From Fidelibacterota bacterium (GTDB taxonomy: Bacteria; Fidelibacterota; Marinisomatia; Marinisomatales; S15-B10), in contig JBHIAI010000031.1 in NCBI GenBank assembly GCA_046861655.1, positions 1-16,671 of the forward strand: a DNA stretch of 16,671 nt, given 5' to 3'. This document shows, in pieces, positions 1-7,585 of this stretch (position 1 is the stretch's first letter; every line of letters begins with the position of its first letter). The translations under genes and the position numbers were made by a program. The notes beneath the pieces were generated by a model that was not told the origin of the DNA, made no database searches, and was given only the letters and a program-made list of their open reading frames with translations.

Positions 1-588
1 GCGTTCCCCACCCACCCTGTTCCCCTCGCGGCACTACGGGAGGCGGGAACTTTGATCTGCACAGATGGAAGCCGCGACCGGGCACGGCAGGCCGGGCTTT
101 CTCCCACCCTCACCGTGGGGGATATGGACTCCCTGAAGGACAGGTCTACGGGTCCCGGTGAGTGGATAAGACCGGAGACCGGCCAGGAGACCACCGATCT
201 GGAGAAGGCCCTCGAGTGGTGCCTGGAAAACGGAATCGCCAGGGTCACTCTCACGGGTATTACGGGGGGCAGGGACGATCATACCCTGGGCAACCTGTAT
301 GTCCTGGCCAACTCAGCCCTCCGTCTGGAGGTGACGGGGCTGACGGACCATTTCACCATCTCTTGTGTCTGGGATGAACAGACATTCACCGTGCATCCCG
401 GCCGGAGAGTTTCACTCCTCCCGGTTATTGACTCCCCGGTGGTATCTACGGAAGGCCTCCAGTATCCCTTGAGCCACGAATCCCTGTTGCCCGGGGGACG
501 GGGGATCAGCAACCGTGCCACGGGAGATTCCTTTTTCGTCTCCGTAAGCGATGGAGGCCTTCTGGTGTTTATCCAGCATCCCGAGTGA
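1..588 (+). CDS. thiN: Thiamine pyrophosphokinase (thiamine diphosphokinase), 5'-truncated by window edge
   Basis: Frame 1 is open from base 1 (AFPTHPVPLAALREAGTLICTDG...), so the real start is upstream of the window rather than at TTG 52. ThiN motifs: ICTDG, VGDMDS, QETTDLEKAL, GITGGRDDHTLGN, VSLLP, STEGLQYPL, RGISN. Confidence 0.9.
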   Translation, partial: AFPTHPVPLAALREAGTLICTDGSRDRARQAGLSPTLTVGDMDSLKDRSTGPGEWIRPETGQETTDLEKALEWCLENGIARVTLTGITGGRDDHTLGNLYVLANSALRLEVTGLTDHFTISCVWDEQTFTVHPGRRVSLLPVIDSPVVSTEGLQYPLSHESLLPGGRGISNRATGDSFFVSVSDGGLLVFIQHPE

Positions 589-2000
589 CCGAAGCCCTCC
601 ATCCCGCTGACCTGGCGGTCATCCTGTCCTATCTCGCCTTTCTCATAGGCCTCGGTTTCTTCCGATCCAGGGACAGTCTCCGGGATGAAAACGACTATCT
701 ACTCGCGGGACGCAGACTGACGCTCATTCCCTTTACGGCTTCCCTGGTGGCCACCTGGTACGGGGGAATCCTGGGGGTGGGGGAATTCACCTACCGGTAC
801 GGTGTGTCCAACTGGGTGGTCTTCGGTCTACCCTATTACGTATTCGCCCTGGGGTTTGCCTTCTTACTGGCAGAACGTATCCGCTCGGCGGAGTTGACCA
901 CTATCCCCGACCGGTTCTACGAGCAGTACGGACGGCTGCCCGGCATCCTGAGTGCCGTCCTGGTCATGATTCTGGCCTCTCCGGCGCCCTACATCCTCAG
1001 TGTTGGCGTGATCCTGAGGCATCTTTTCCACCTGAGCTGGCCCTTCTCCCTGGTTGTGGCCACTCTCCTATCCCTGGTGTACATCTATACGGGGGGATTC
1101 CGTTCGGTCATCCGGACCGATCTTTTCCAGTTCGCTCTCATGTTTTCCGGTTTCGCGGTCATCCTGGTGTTATCCGTCAGACAATTCGGAGGTCTTTCCT
1201 CCCTGACTTCTGAACTGCCGCCCCTGCATCTCTCCTGGCACGGTGGACTATCGGGTCAGACAATCCTGGTGTGGTTTTTCATCGCCCTGTGGACCTTCGT
1301 GGATCCCGGGTTTTACCAGCGGTGCGCGGCAGCCCGATCCGGCAAGGTAGCCAGGCGGGGCATCCTGGTTTCCATCGGTTTCTGGACCCTGTTCGACTTC
1401 CTCACTCTTACCACCGGGCTCTACGCCCGGATGACCCTTCCTCATCTCGGCGATCCCCTCATGGCCCTTCCCACCCTGGGGCAGGAGGTACTGCCCCCTG
1501 TGCTTCTCGGTCTGTTCTTTGCCGGGCTTCTGGCCACCGTGATGTCCACAGTCGACTCTCTGGGGCTGATCAGTGCCATCACCTTCGGCAGGGATATTCT
1601 ATGGCGGCTTGCGCCCCGCTCGGGGGATTCCGTCCGGTGGACTCAGATGGGTCTTCTTGTTACCGCCGCAGTTTCCGTCGTTCTGGCCTGGGCGTTTCCC
1701 TCGGTTGTGAAACTGTGGTACGCCATCGGCACCGTTGCCGTCCCGGGCCTGTTGATACCCTTCCTGTCCACCTTTTGGAAAGAGTGGAAGATCCCCGCCA
1801 TGGCTGCGATGATGGCTGTTTCGGCGGGAATCAGTCTGGCCTGGCTGTTGGCCGGGGTCGTACAGGGTGCCCAGCCCCCTGCCTATCCCCTGGGAATTGA
1901 ACCGTTCTATCCGGGTCTGGCGGCGTCCATCGTGTGGGTTGTCGTTGGAAGGGCAGCCAGGAGTTGGCGCCGGGGGTTACACGGTGGACGACAGACGTGA
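585..2000 (+). CDS. Sodium:solute symporter (SSS/PutP-like) family membrane transporter, possibly for thiamine or a thiamine precursor
   Basis: 471 aa, very hydrophobic with many TM segments; SSS-like motifs YLLAGRRL, SLVATWYGG-x2-GxGE, YTGGFRSVIRTDLFQ, YQRCAAA, AGLLATVMSTVDS. GTGA overlap with the thiN stop. Substrate inferred from context only. Confidence 0.88.
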   Translation: MTEALHPADLAVILSYLAFLIGLGFFRSRDSLRDENDYLLAGRRLTLIPFTASLVATWYGGILGVGEFTYRYGVSNWVVFGLPYYVFALGFAFLLAERIRSAELTTIPDRFYEQYGRLPGILSAVLVMILASPAPYILSVGVILRHLFHLSWPFSLVVATLLSLVYIYTGGFRSVIRTDLFQFALMFSGFAVILVLSVRQFGGLSSLTSELPPLHLSWHGGLSGQTILVWFFIALWTFVDPGFYQRCAAARSGKVARRGILVSIGFWTLFDFLTLTTGLYARMTLPHLGDPLMALPTLGQEVLPPVLLGLFFAGLLATVMSTVDSLGLISAITFGRDILWRLAPRSGDSVRWTQMGLLVTAAVSVVLAWAFPSVVKLWYAIGTVAVPGLLIPFLSTFWKEWKIPAMAAMMAVSAGISLAWLLAGVVQGAQPPAYPLGIEPFYPGLAASIVWVVVGRAARSWRRGLHGGRQT

Positions 2001-2100
2001 GACGAACCTAGTCGTCTTCCTGCCTGCTGCCAACTGTATCCTCGATCCTTGATCCGGGTGCTCGCTCTGATCCCGTGATCTCTCGATGAATCCATCTGAA

Positions 2101-2129
2101 TTGGAACAAAATCAGCCATGAAGTATATT
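2101..2129 (+). promoter_or_regulatory. Putative sigma70-type promoter for tonB
   Basis: TTGGAA (2101-2106), 17-nt spacer, TATATT (2124-2129) in an AT-rich patch 16 nt before ATG 2146. Confidence 0.45.
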
Positions 2130-2145
2130 AAAATAGGATAACAGG

Positions 2146-2829
2146 ATGGAAATGTCACAAAAGAGTCGTCTCCGGCGTATTCACTCCCGGGCAAACCTTG
2201 CGTTCAGGGAAGAGTATCCTGTAACGGTGAGGGCGTCTATTCTCACCGTTCTGGGGGCTCTCGTCGTGTTCTTCTGGGTCTTCCCCAAGCCGCTACAGCG
2301 GCAGCGGAGCGGGCCGCACGTTTCCGATCTGGTTCTGGAGCAGTTCGAAATCCCGGTCACCCACCAGTATGAGAAACCTCCCCCTCCGGCCAGGCCCGCC
2401 ATTCCCGTGGCCTCCGAGAACGAGGATCTGGCGGATGATGTGACCATCGATGAAATCACGTTTGAAGAATTCGAAGCCTGGGATGAACCGCCCCCACCTC
2501 CGTCGGGAGGACCGAGGGTGAAGTTCATCCCCTATGACGAACCGCCGGAGCCCATAGGGGGGTATTCCACCATTCAACGGAATATCAAGTATCCCGAAAT
2601 TGCCAGGGAGGCCGGGGTGGAAGGGACGGTGATCGTTCAGGCTTTCGTGAATAAGAACGGGCGAGTGACAGATACCTTTGTGCTCAAGGGACTACCGGGA
2701 ACCGGACTGGACGAATCGGCTGTCGAGGCCGTGGTGAGCACCCCTTTCAAACCCGCCAAGCAGCGGGATCGGCCCGTGGGGGTCTGGATTTCCATCCCCA
2801 TCCATTTCAGACTGAAGGTTACCGGCTGA
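2146..2829 (+). CDS. tonB: Energy transducer TonB family protein
   Basis: Single N-terminal TM helix (ILTVLGALVVFFWVF), Pro/acidic linker (KPPPPARPAIP, EPPPPPS), C-terminal TonB domain (IKYPEIAREAGVEGTVIVQAFVNKNGRV...GLDESAVEAV...FKPAKQRDRPVGVWISIPIHFRL). Start could be 2146 or 2152. Confidence 0.88.
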   Translation: MEMSQKSRLRRIHSRANLAFREEYPVTVRASILTVLGALVVFFWVFPKPLQRQRSGPHVSDLVLEQFEIPVTHQYEKPPPPARPAIPVASENEDLADDVTIDEITFEEFEAWDEPPPPPSGGPRVKFIPYDEPPEPIGGYSTIQRNIKYPEIAREAGVEGTVIVQAFVNKNGRVTDTFVLKGLPGTGLDESAVEAVVSTPFKPAKQRDRPVGVWISIPIHFRLKVTG

Positions 2830-2870
2830 CAGACGGCACCGGCGTCGAGATCCCAACTGTCAAGAGAGGC

Positions 2871-3908
2871 TCAGGCCACCTCCTGGGCTTTTTCCATATC
2901 CTTTGTGTATTTTCCAAGGGTGGCCGTTCCGTTGCATCTCGCCCGGTGATAGAACGCCTTTTGGGCATGGGAAGCATTGGCGGGATCGCCCTTCCAGGCC
3001 CTTAAGGCCGGCTGTTGAAGGGCCCTCCCGTAGGAGAAGCTGAGCCTCCAGGGTGTGGACAACCCTTCCATGGCATTCATGGCATTGAGGTGCAGGGTGG
3101 CCTGTATATCGCTCTGTCCTCCCGACAGGAAGCAGATTCCCGGTACGGCCGCCGGCACGCACCGTAAGAAACAGGAGACCGTCGCTTCAGCTACCTCAGA
3201 GACGGAAGCCTGCACAGGACAATCGTATCCCGATAGCACCATGTTGGGCTTTAAGATCATCCCTTCGAGGAATACCCGGTTCTCCCGGAGGGCCCAGAAC
3301 ACAGACCTCAGCGTTTTTTCCGTCACTTCGAGGCTTCTCTCGAGGGTGTGGTCTCCGCTCATCAGGACTTCAGGTTCCACGATGGGAACCAGACCCGCTT
3401 CCTGACACAGGGCGGCGTAGCGGGCCAGGGCGTGGGCATTGGCATCGACGCAGGCCCGGGTGGGAATGTCCTCACCGATGGTAATGACGGCTCTCCACTT
3501 GGCAAACATCGCCCCCAGGTCCCGGTATTCGGCCAACCGGTCCCGGAGTCCGTCCAGGCCTTCTGTCACCTTTTCCCCTTCAAACCCGGCCAGGGGTCTG
3601 GCGCCCTTGTCCACTTTGATCCCCGGAAGGATACCCTTGTTGGAAAGGTACCGGGGAAACGGGGTATCCTCTTTCAGAGTAGACTGGCGCAGGGTCTCGT
3701 CAAACATGATGACACCGCTGATGAACTCTTCCATCCCTTCGGTGGTAAACAGCATGGCGCGGTAGAACCGGCGGTTTTCTTCCGTGGAGGGGACGTCGAT
3801 CTGATCGAACCGTTTCTTGATGGTGGGAGAACTTTCATCGGCAGCCAGAATACCCCTTCCCGGGGTCACCATTCGCCGGGCCACATCCACCAGTTGATTC
3901 CTGTTCAT
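2871..3908 (-). CDS. fba: Fructose-bisphosphate aldolase class I
   Basis: GILAADES, GIKVDKG, EGLDGL, FAKWR, ARYAALCQ, PIVEPE, LKPNMV (Schiff-base Lys), FLSGGQS, SFSYGRALQ. GGAGG-like SD upstream (cctcc 3916-3920 on + strand). Confidence 0.96.
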   Translation of the reverse strand: MNRNQLVDVARRMVTPGRGILAADESSPTIKKRFDQIDVPSTEENRRFYRAMLFTTEGMEEFISGVIMFDETLRQSTLKEDTPFPRYLSNKGILPGIKVDKGARPLAGFEGEKVTEGLDGLRDRLAEYRDLGAMFAKWRAVITIGEDIPTRACVDANAHALARYAALCQEAGLVPIVEPEVLMSGDHTLERSLEVTEKTLRSVFWALRENRVFLEGMILKPNMVLSGYDCPVQASVSEVAEATVSCFLRCVPAAVPGICFLSGGQSDIQATLHLNAMNAMEGLSTPWRLSFSYGRALQQPALRAWKGDPANASHAQKAFYHRARCNGTATLGKYTKDMEKAQEVA

Positions 3909-3934
3909 GATCGTTCCTCCTGTTGCACGGATTC

Positions 3935-5149
3935 CTACACCGGATTCTGACCTATTTCCGTCAGCATGTCCCTGAACCAGGATTGCCCGGTATCGAAGGG
4001 TTTGCCCCCCTTGATCCGGGAGAAATCGATAAGGCCCAGGACCTGATCTCTTTCGTCATCGAGTCCCACCACACCGCTTCTTCCCTCAAGGGCAACCTGG
4101 GCGGCCATGTCCGCGGACCGGACAATCAGGTCCAGATCCCGTTCATTGGGGGCGGCAGACCGGGCAAAATAGCCGCTTTTCTGAACCAGAACCTTTTCCG
4201 CCTTAAGCTCTCCGGCGAATCGTTCGGCGAACCACTGACCCGGATTCAGGGTATCCAGCTTCACGTGCCCGAAGGGGTCCCGCTCGACCTCCTCCCCGGC
4301 ACCCTCCATTTCGGCGATGATGGTGTCGATTCCGGCTCCCTCGCCCAAGAAAATATTCACCCCGTCCTTGGCGTCCATCCGTTCCATGAGTCTTTCCGTT
4401 TCCCTGCCCATGTCTATGGGGAGTTCAGGCACGTAGACGGCATCCACATCCCACCGTTCCCGTGCCAGAAGAATCTCGGGGAGGAAGGTCTTCTTCTCAA
4501 GGCGCTCCCGGTACCGGTGAGCCGTTGCCGCCGTGAGCCACCCGCAGTGCCTCCCCATCACCTCGTGGATGATGAGCTGCCGCGTGCTGGTGGTGTTCTC
4601 GTTGGCCACATTCTCAAAAAAGACGGCTCCCTGTTCCGCCGCCGTCCAGGCTCCCAGAGTCTGGGTGATGGGGATCACGTCGTTGTCCACGGTCTTGGGG
4701 AGACCCACCACGGTCAGGGAATGGCCTTGGGAATCCACATAGTCCAGCAGTTTTCCGGCCATGGTGTTCGTGTCGTCTCCCCCGATCGTGTGAAGAACGG
4801 TTACGCCGTCTTCTAGCAGCTGCCCGGCGGCCACCTCCACCGGATTCTGCCCCTGCTTGACAAGGCCTCTCCGAACACAATCCTCCTGGTTGGTGAGTTT
4901 CACCCGGCTGTTGCCGATGGGACTCCCCCCAAACTTCAACAGAGAATCTGCCTGGTCCCGAACGGTCCGGGAAAACGAAATCCGCGATCCCTGTAAGAGT
5001 CCCCGGTACCCGTGGAGATACCCGATCATTTCTGTGTCCGGGGCCAATTCCTCGTATCTCCGGATAAGGGCGCCGATGGAGGCGGAAAGACACGGGGCCA
5101 GTCCTCCGGCGGTGAGAAAAGCGATTTTCGAGGGGGTGTTGCCGGCCAT
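3935..5149 (-). CDS. pfp: Pyrophosphate--fructose-6-phosphate 1-phosphotransferase (PPi-dependent phosphofructokinase)
   Basis: LTAGGLAP, GGSPIGNSR, TIGGDDT (Asp typical of PPi use), LPKTVDND (Lys typical of PPi use), EVMGR, QKSGYFARS; ~404 aa. Confidence 0.93.
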   Translation of the reverse strand: MAGNTPSKIAFLTAGGLAPCLSASIGALIRRYEELAPDTEMIGYLHGYRGLLQGSRISFSRTVRDQADSLLKFGGSPIGNSRVKLTNQEDCVRRGLVKQGQNPVEVAAGQLLEDGVTVLHTIGGDDTNTMAGKLLDYVDSQGHSLTVVGLPKTVDNDVIPITQTLGAWTAAEQGAVFFENVANENTTSTRQLIIHEVMGRHCGWLTAATAHRYRERLEKKTFLPEILLARERWDVDAVYVPELPIDMGRETERLMERMDAKDGVNIFLGEGAGIDTIIAEMEGAGEEVERDPFGHVKLDTLNPGQWFAERFAGELKAEKVLVQKSGYFARSAAPNERDLDLIVRSADMAAQVALEGRSGVVGLDDERDQVLGLIDFSRIKGGKPFDTGQSWFRDMLTEIGQNPV

Positions 5150-5161
5150 GAATACGTGTCG

Positions 5162-5190
5162 AATTTAGACGTCTGCCGCCACACTGTAAA
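5162..5190 (-). promoter_or_regulatory. Putative sigma70-type promoter for pfp-fba
   Basis: On the minus strand: TTTACA (5190-5185), 17-nt spacer, TAAATT (5167-5162), ending 12 nt before the pfp ATG. Confidence 0.45.
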
Positions 5191-5299
5191 GATGTTAGGC
5201 GTTTGGACAGAAGGCATTGAAAAATGGTTCCCTCCGCCGTAAGTTGACAGGGGCGGGGGTATAACGCAACACGCACTCCATGAGGCAGGAGCCATCAAC

Positions 5300-6544
5300 A
5301 TGACGGATGTTAAGGTAAACAATTTCAAGGCCTGCTGTGATCAGTTCGACAGGGCAGCGGAGCATCTCAACCTCAAAGAAAATGTCGGTCACTTCCTGAA
5401 GATGCCGGACCGGGAGCTTTCGGTGGAGGTGCCCCTCGTCCGCGACGACGGGAATCTGGTGATTTACCAGGCGTACCGAATTCAACACAACAACTCCCGG
5501 GGTCCGTTCAAGGGAGGAATCCGGTACCATCAAGATGTAGACCTGGATGAGGTGCGGTCCCTGGCGGCCCTCATGACCTGGAAGACCGCCCTGGTGGACA
5601 TACCCTACGGAGGGGGCAAGGGGGGTATTGCCGTGGACCCAAAGACCTTGACCAAACGGGAACTGGAGAGGCTTTCCAGAGCGTTCCTCACCCGGATCAG
5701 TCCGGTCATCGGGGTGAACGTGGATATCCCCGCGCCTGATGTCAATACCAATGCCCAAATCATGGCCTGGTTCATGGATGAATACAGCCAGAAGAATGGG
5801 TACACTCCCGCCATAGTCACCGGGAAACCCATCGACCTTGGAGGTTCCCTCGGCAGGGAAGCGGCCACAGGGCGGGGCGTCTTCATAACTGTGAGGGAGA
5901 CGGCGAAGGAATTTGGGGTGGACCTGAGTGACTCCACGGTGGCCATTCAGGGGTTTGGGAACGTGGGTTCCTTCGCGGCCGAAGTCCTCCACCAGGCGGG
6001 ATCCAGGGTGGTAGCTGTCAGTGACGTCTCCGGCGGTCTGTATGATCCAGACGGTCTCGACACGCCGGCCCTGGTGGAGCACGCCCGCCGCTCGGGATCC
6101 ATCCAGGGCTTCTCCCAGGGCAAAGCTATTTCCAACGAGACTTTGCTGGCCCTGGAATGCGATTTCCTGATCCCCGCCGCCCTGGGAGGCGTTATTCACC
6201 GGTTGAACGCGGACACGCTGGGGTGCAAATTCGTGGTGGAGGCAGCGAACGGTCCCACCACGCCGCCGGCAGACGAGATTCTTTGGTCCAAAAACATTCC
6301 TGTCATCCCCGATATACTCGCCAACGCCGGAGGGGTTACGGTATCCTACTTCGAGTGGGTGCAGAACCTCCAGCAATTCCAGTGGGATGAGGAGACGGTC
6401 AACACCAAACTGGAAGAGAGGATGATGTCCGCTTTCCAGGAGGTGTTCAAGCTCGCAAAAGAGAAGAAAGTTTCCTTCCGCACGGCGGCCTTCATGGTGG
6501 CCATCGACAGGGTGGCCAGATCGGCAGCCCTCAGGGGATACTAG
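5300..6544 (+). CDS. gdhA: Glu/Leu/Phe/Val dehydrogenase, most likely NAD(P)-dependent glutamate dehydrogenase
   Basis: RGPFKGGIRYH, LMTWKTA, PYGGGKGG, DIPAPDVNT, TGKP, GREAATGRG, QGFGNVG Rossmann motif, EAANGP, PDILANAGGVTVSYFEWVQN. AGGAG SD at 5287-5291. Confidence 0.93.
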   Translation: MTDVKVNNFKACCDQFDRAAEHLNLKENVGHFLKMPDRELSVEVPLVRDDGNLVIYQAYRIQHNNSRGPFKGGIRYHQDVDLDEVRSLAALMTWKTALVDIPYGGGKGGIAVDPKTLTKRELERLSRAFLTRISPVIGVNVDIPAPDVNTNAQIMAWFMDEYSQKNGYTPAIVTGKPIDLGGSLGREAATGRGVFITVRETAKEFGVDLSDSTVAIQGFGNVGSFAAEVLHQAGSRVVAVSDVSGGLYDPDGLDTPALVEHARRSGSIQGFSQGKAISNETLLALECDFLIPAALGGVIHRLNADTLGCKFVVEAANGPTTPPADEILWSKNIPVIPDILANAGGVTVSYFEWVQNLQQFQWDEETVNTKLEERMMSAFQEVFKLAKEKKVSFRTAAFMVAIDRVARSAALRGY

Positions 6545-6552
6545 CCGGCACC

Positions 6553-6573
6553 CTGCCATCTGCCCCCTGCCCT
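6553..6573. repeat. Three tandem 7-nt units CTGCCAT-CTGCCCC-CTGCCCT directly after the gdh stop
   Basis: Read directly: 6553-6559, 6560-6566, 6567-6573. Confidence 0.55.
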
Positions 6574-6600
6574 CTCGTTAACTCTCCACAAAGCGTTCCC

Positions 6601-6645
6601 TCTCTGAGAATCTGTGAGCCCATAACCGCCACAGAAACACAGAGA
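6601..6645. repeat. Imperfect inverted repeat (REP-like hairpin)
   Basis: TCTCTG(6601-06)/CAGAGA(6640-45) and TCTGTG(6611-16)/CACAGA(6630-35) stems separated by a 4x4 internal loop. Confidence 0.5.
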
Positions 6646-6657
6646 TGTTTTCATAAA

Positions 6658-6685
6658 TGGATAAATACCCCCTATTATCTATAAT
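6658..6685 (+). promoter_or_regulatory. Putative sigma70 promoter for the redox cluster
   Basis: Perfect TATAAT at 6680-6685 in a strongly AT-rich patch, with TGGATA (4/6 match to -35) at 6658-6663 and a 16-nt spacer. Confidence 0.45.
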
Positions 6686-7047
6686 TTCCATTGATTCCTT
6701 CTGGGCAGGTCCATAAATTTTGGACAGAAGAGGAAAAAAGAGGGACCCTCCGGGTCCTGGGGAGCTGGACTCTTCTGGTCAAAACGGGACAGGACGATGA
6801 ATCCCCCACTTGCCCATGCATGTTCATGTCGTCCCGGCATGGGAATTCCTTTACGGTGCCTTCCACGATGTGAATACCGCCCGGTACGGTACGGTCCGCC
6901 TGCACCGCGAAAGCCTGAATCCGGGTAGCGGAGGCTGATTTCCTCTTTTCTGTCCCGGCGGTACCCCCGTTACCGACGGGGCGAAGCCATAGCAAGAGCA
7001 CCCTATTGACCGTTCGTCATTCAGTCCGAAGGGGAGGTGTTGAGGGC

Positions 7048-7320
7048 GTGATCAAGCTAAACTGCTGGGAATTCATGAGGTGCGGCCGTGAAACAGGGGG
7101 TTCCAGGGAAAAGGATCTGGGGCGCTGTCCGGCGTTTACCTTCACCACGTTTCACGGTACCAACGGCGGTTTTCGTTCGGGCCGGTACTGCTGGTTTGTG
7201 GCCGGAACGTTCCAGGATGGAGAGCCTGCGTGCAACTCAGCCGAAACAGTGGAGGACTGTTCCCAGTGCAGCTTTTTCGAGCGGGTCCGGAAAGAGGAAG
7301 GATCCGGGTTCGTCCTCTAG
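7048..7320 (+). CDS. Small Cys-rich two-CW domain protein (90 aa), function unknown
   Basis: KLNCWEFMRCGRETGG...LGRCPA...GTNGG...GRYCWFVAGT...CSQCSFF...EEG pattern with two CW dipeptides; GTG start at 7048 with GGAGG at 7033-7037. Confidence 0.75.
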   Translation: MIKLNCWEFMRCGRETGGSREKDLGRCPAFTFTTFHGTNGGFRSGRYCWFVAGTFQDGEPACNSAETVEDCSQCSFFERVRKEEGSGFVL

Positions 7321-7330
7321 GAAGACCGCT

Positions 7331-7585
7331 GTGGCATACTGGCGCATCCCTCTGGACACACACGATCTTGAGTTACCCACGGGTGAGGTCCATATCCTTG
7401 TGGAACGGTGCAAGGGGTGCGGATTCTGCGAGGAGTATTGTCCCCGGCATATCCTGAAGATGTCATCCCGGTTCAACGGGAAGGGCTACCACTATCCCGA
7501 TGTGGTTACACAGGACGAATGCGTTAACTGCCATCTTTGTGAGATCATCTGTCCTGAGTTCGCCATTTTCACCACGGAACGATGA
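7331..7585 (+). CDS. korD: 2x[4Fe-4S] ferredoxin-like delta subunit of 2-oxoacid:ferredoxin oxidoreductase
   Basis: CKGCGFCEEYCP and CVNCHLCEIICPEFAI with the NGKGYHYP linker typical of KorD/OorD. GTG 7331 preferred over the 7088 start of the ORF track, which overlaps the two-CW gene. ATGA overlap with the alpha subunit. Confidence 0.88.
   Translation: MAYWRIPLDTHDLELPTGEVHILVERCKGCGFCEEYCPRHILKMSSRFNGKGYHYPDVVTQDECVNCHLCEIICPEFAIFTTER

Noticed and set aside
2000..2020. AGACGA-ACCTAG-TCGTCT hairpin after the symporter stop as a terminator
   Set aside because: Short 6-bp stem without a proper U-tract; insufficient support.
2827..2870. Bidirectional intrinsic terminator between convergent tonB and fba
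   Set aside because: Only a loose TGACAG/CTGTCA stem with a large loop and no U-tract on either strand.
3348..4816. 200-aa and 297-aa + strand ORFs opposite fba and pfp
   Set aside because: Shadow ORFs of real minus-strand genes with no family motifs.
5195..6559. 454-aa antisense ORF spanning the whole gdh gene
   Set aside because: Lies exactly opposite a well-supported gene, has no recognisable motifs, and long antisense ORFs are expected from GC-rich codon bias.
6600..6640. CTGAGA, as in TPP riboswitches, upstream of a TPP-dependent enzyme
   Set aside because: No following CCTGA..GG.AAT.CC.GCG.AGG elements; it also lies upstream of the predicted promoter.
6895..6940. Partial resemblance to the c-di-GMP-I riboswitch (CGCGAAAGCC...GGTAGCGG)
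   Set aside because: The upstream GGCAAA/GAAA-tetraloop half and the CUAA receptor are not found, so it is not called.
6675..7001. 108-aa minus-strand ORF and 60-aa plus-strand ORF in the long intergenic region
   Set aside because: No convincing RBS or motif; the region is better explained as promoter plus structured leader.
7088..7330. N-terminal extension of the ferredoxin ORF given in the ORF track (similarly the 8688, 12130 and 12537 starts)
   Set aside because: These extensions overlap neighbouring genes in other frames and show no homology; downstream starts fit the families better.
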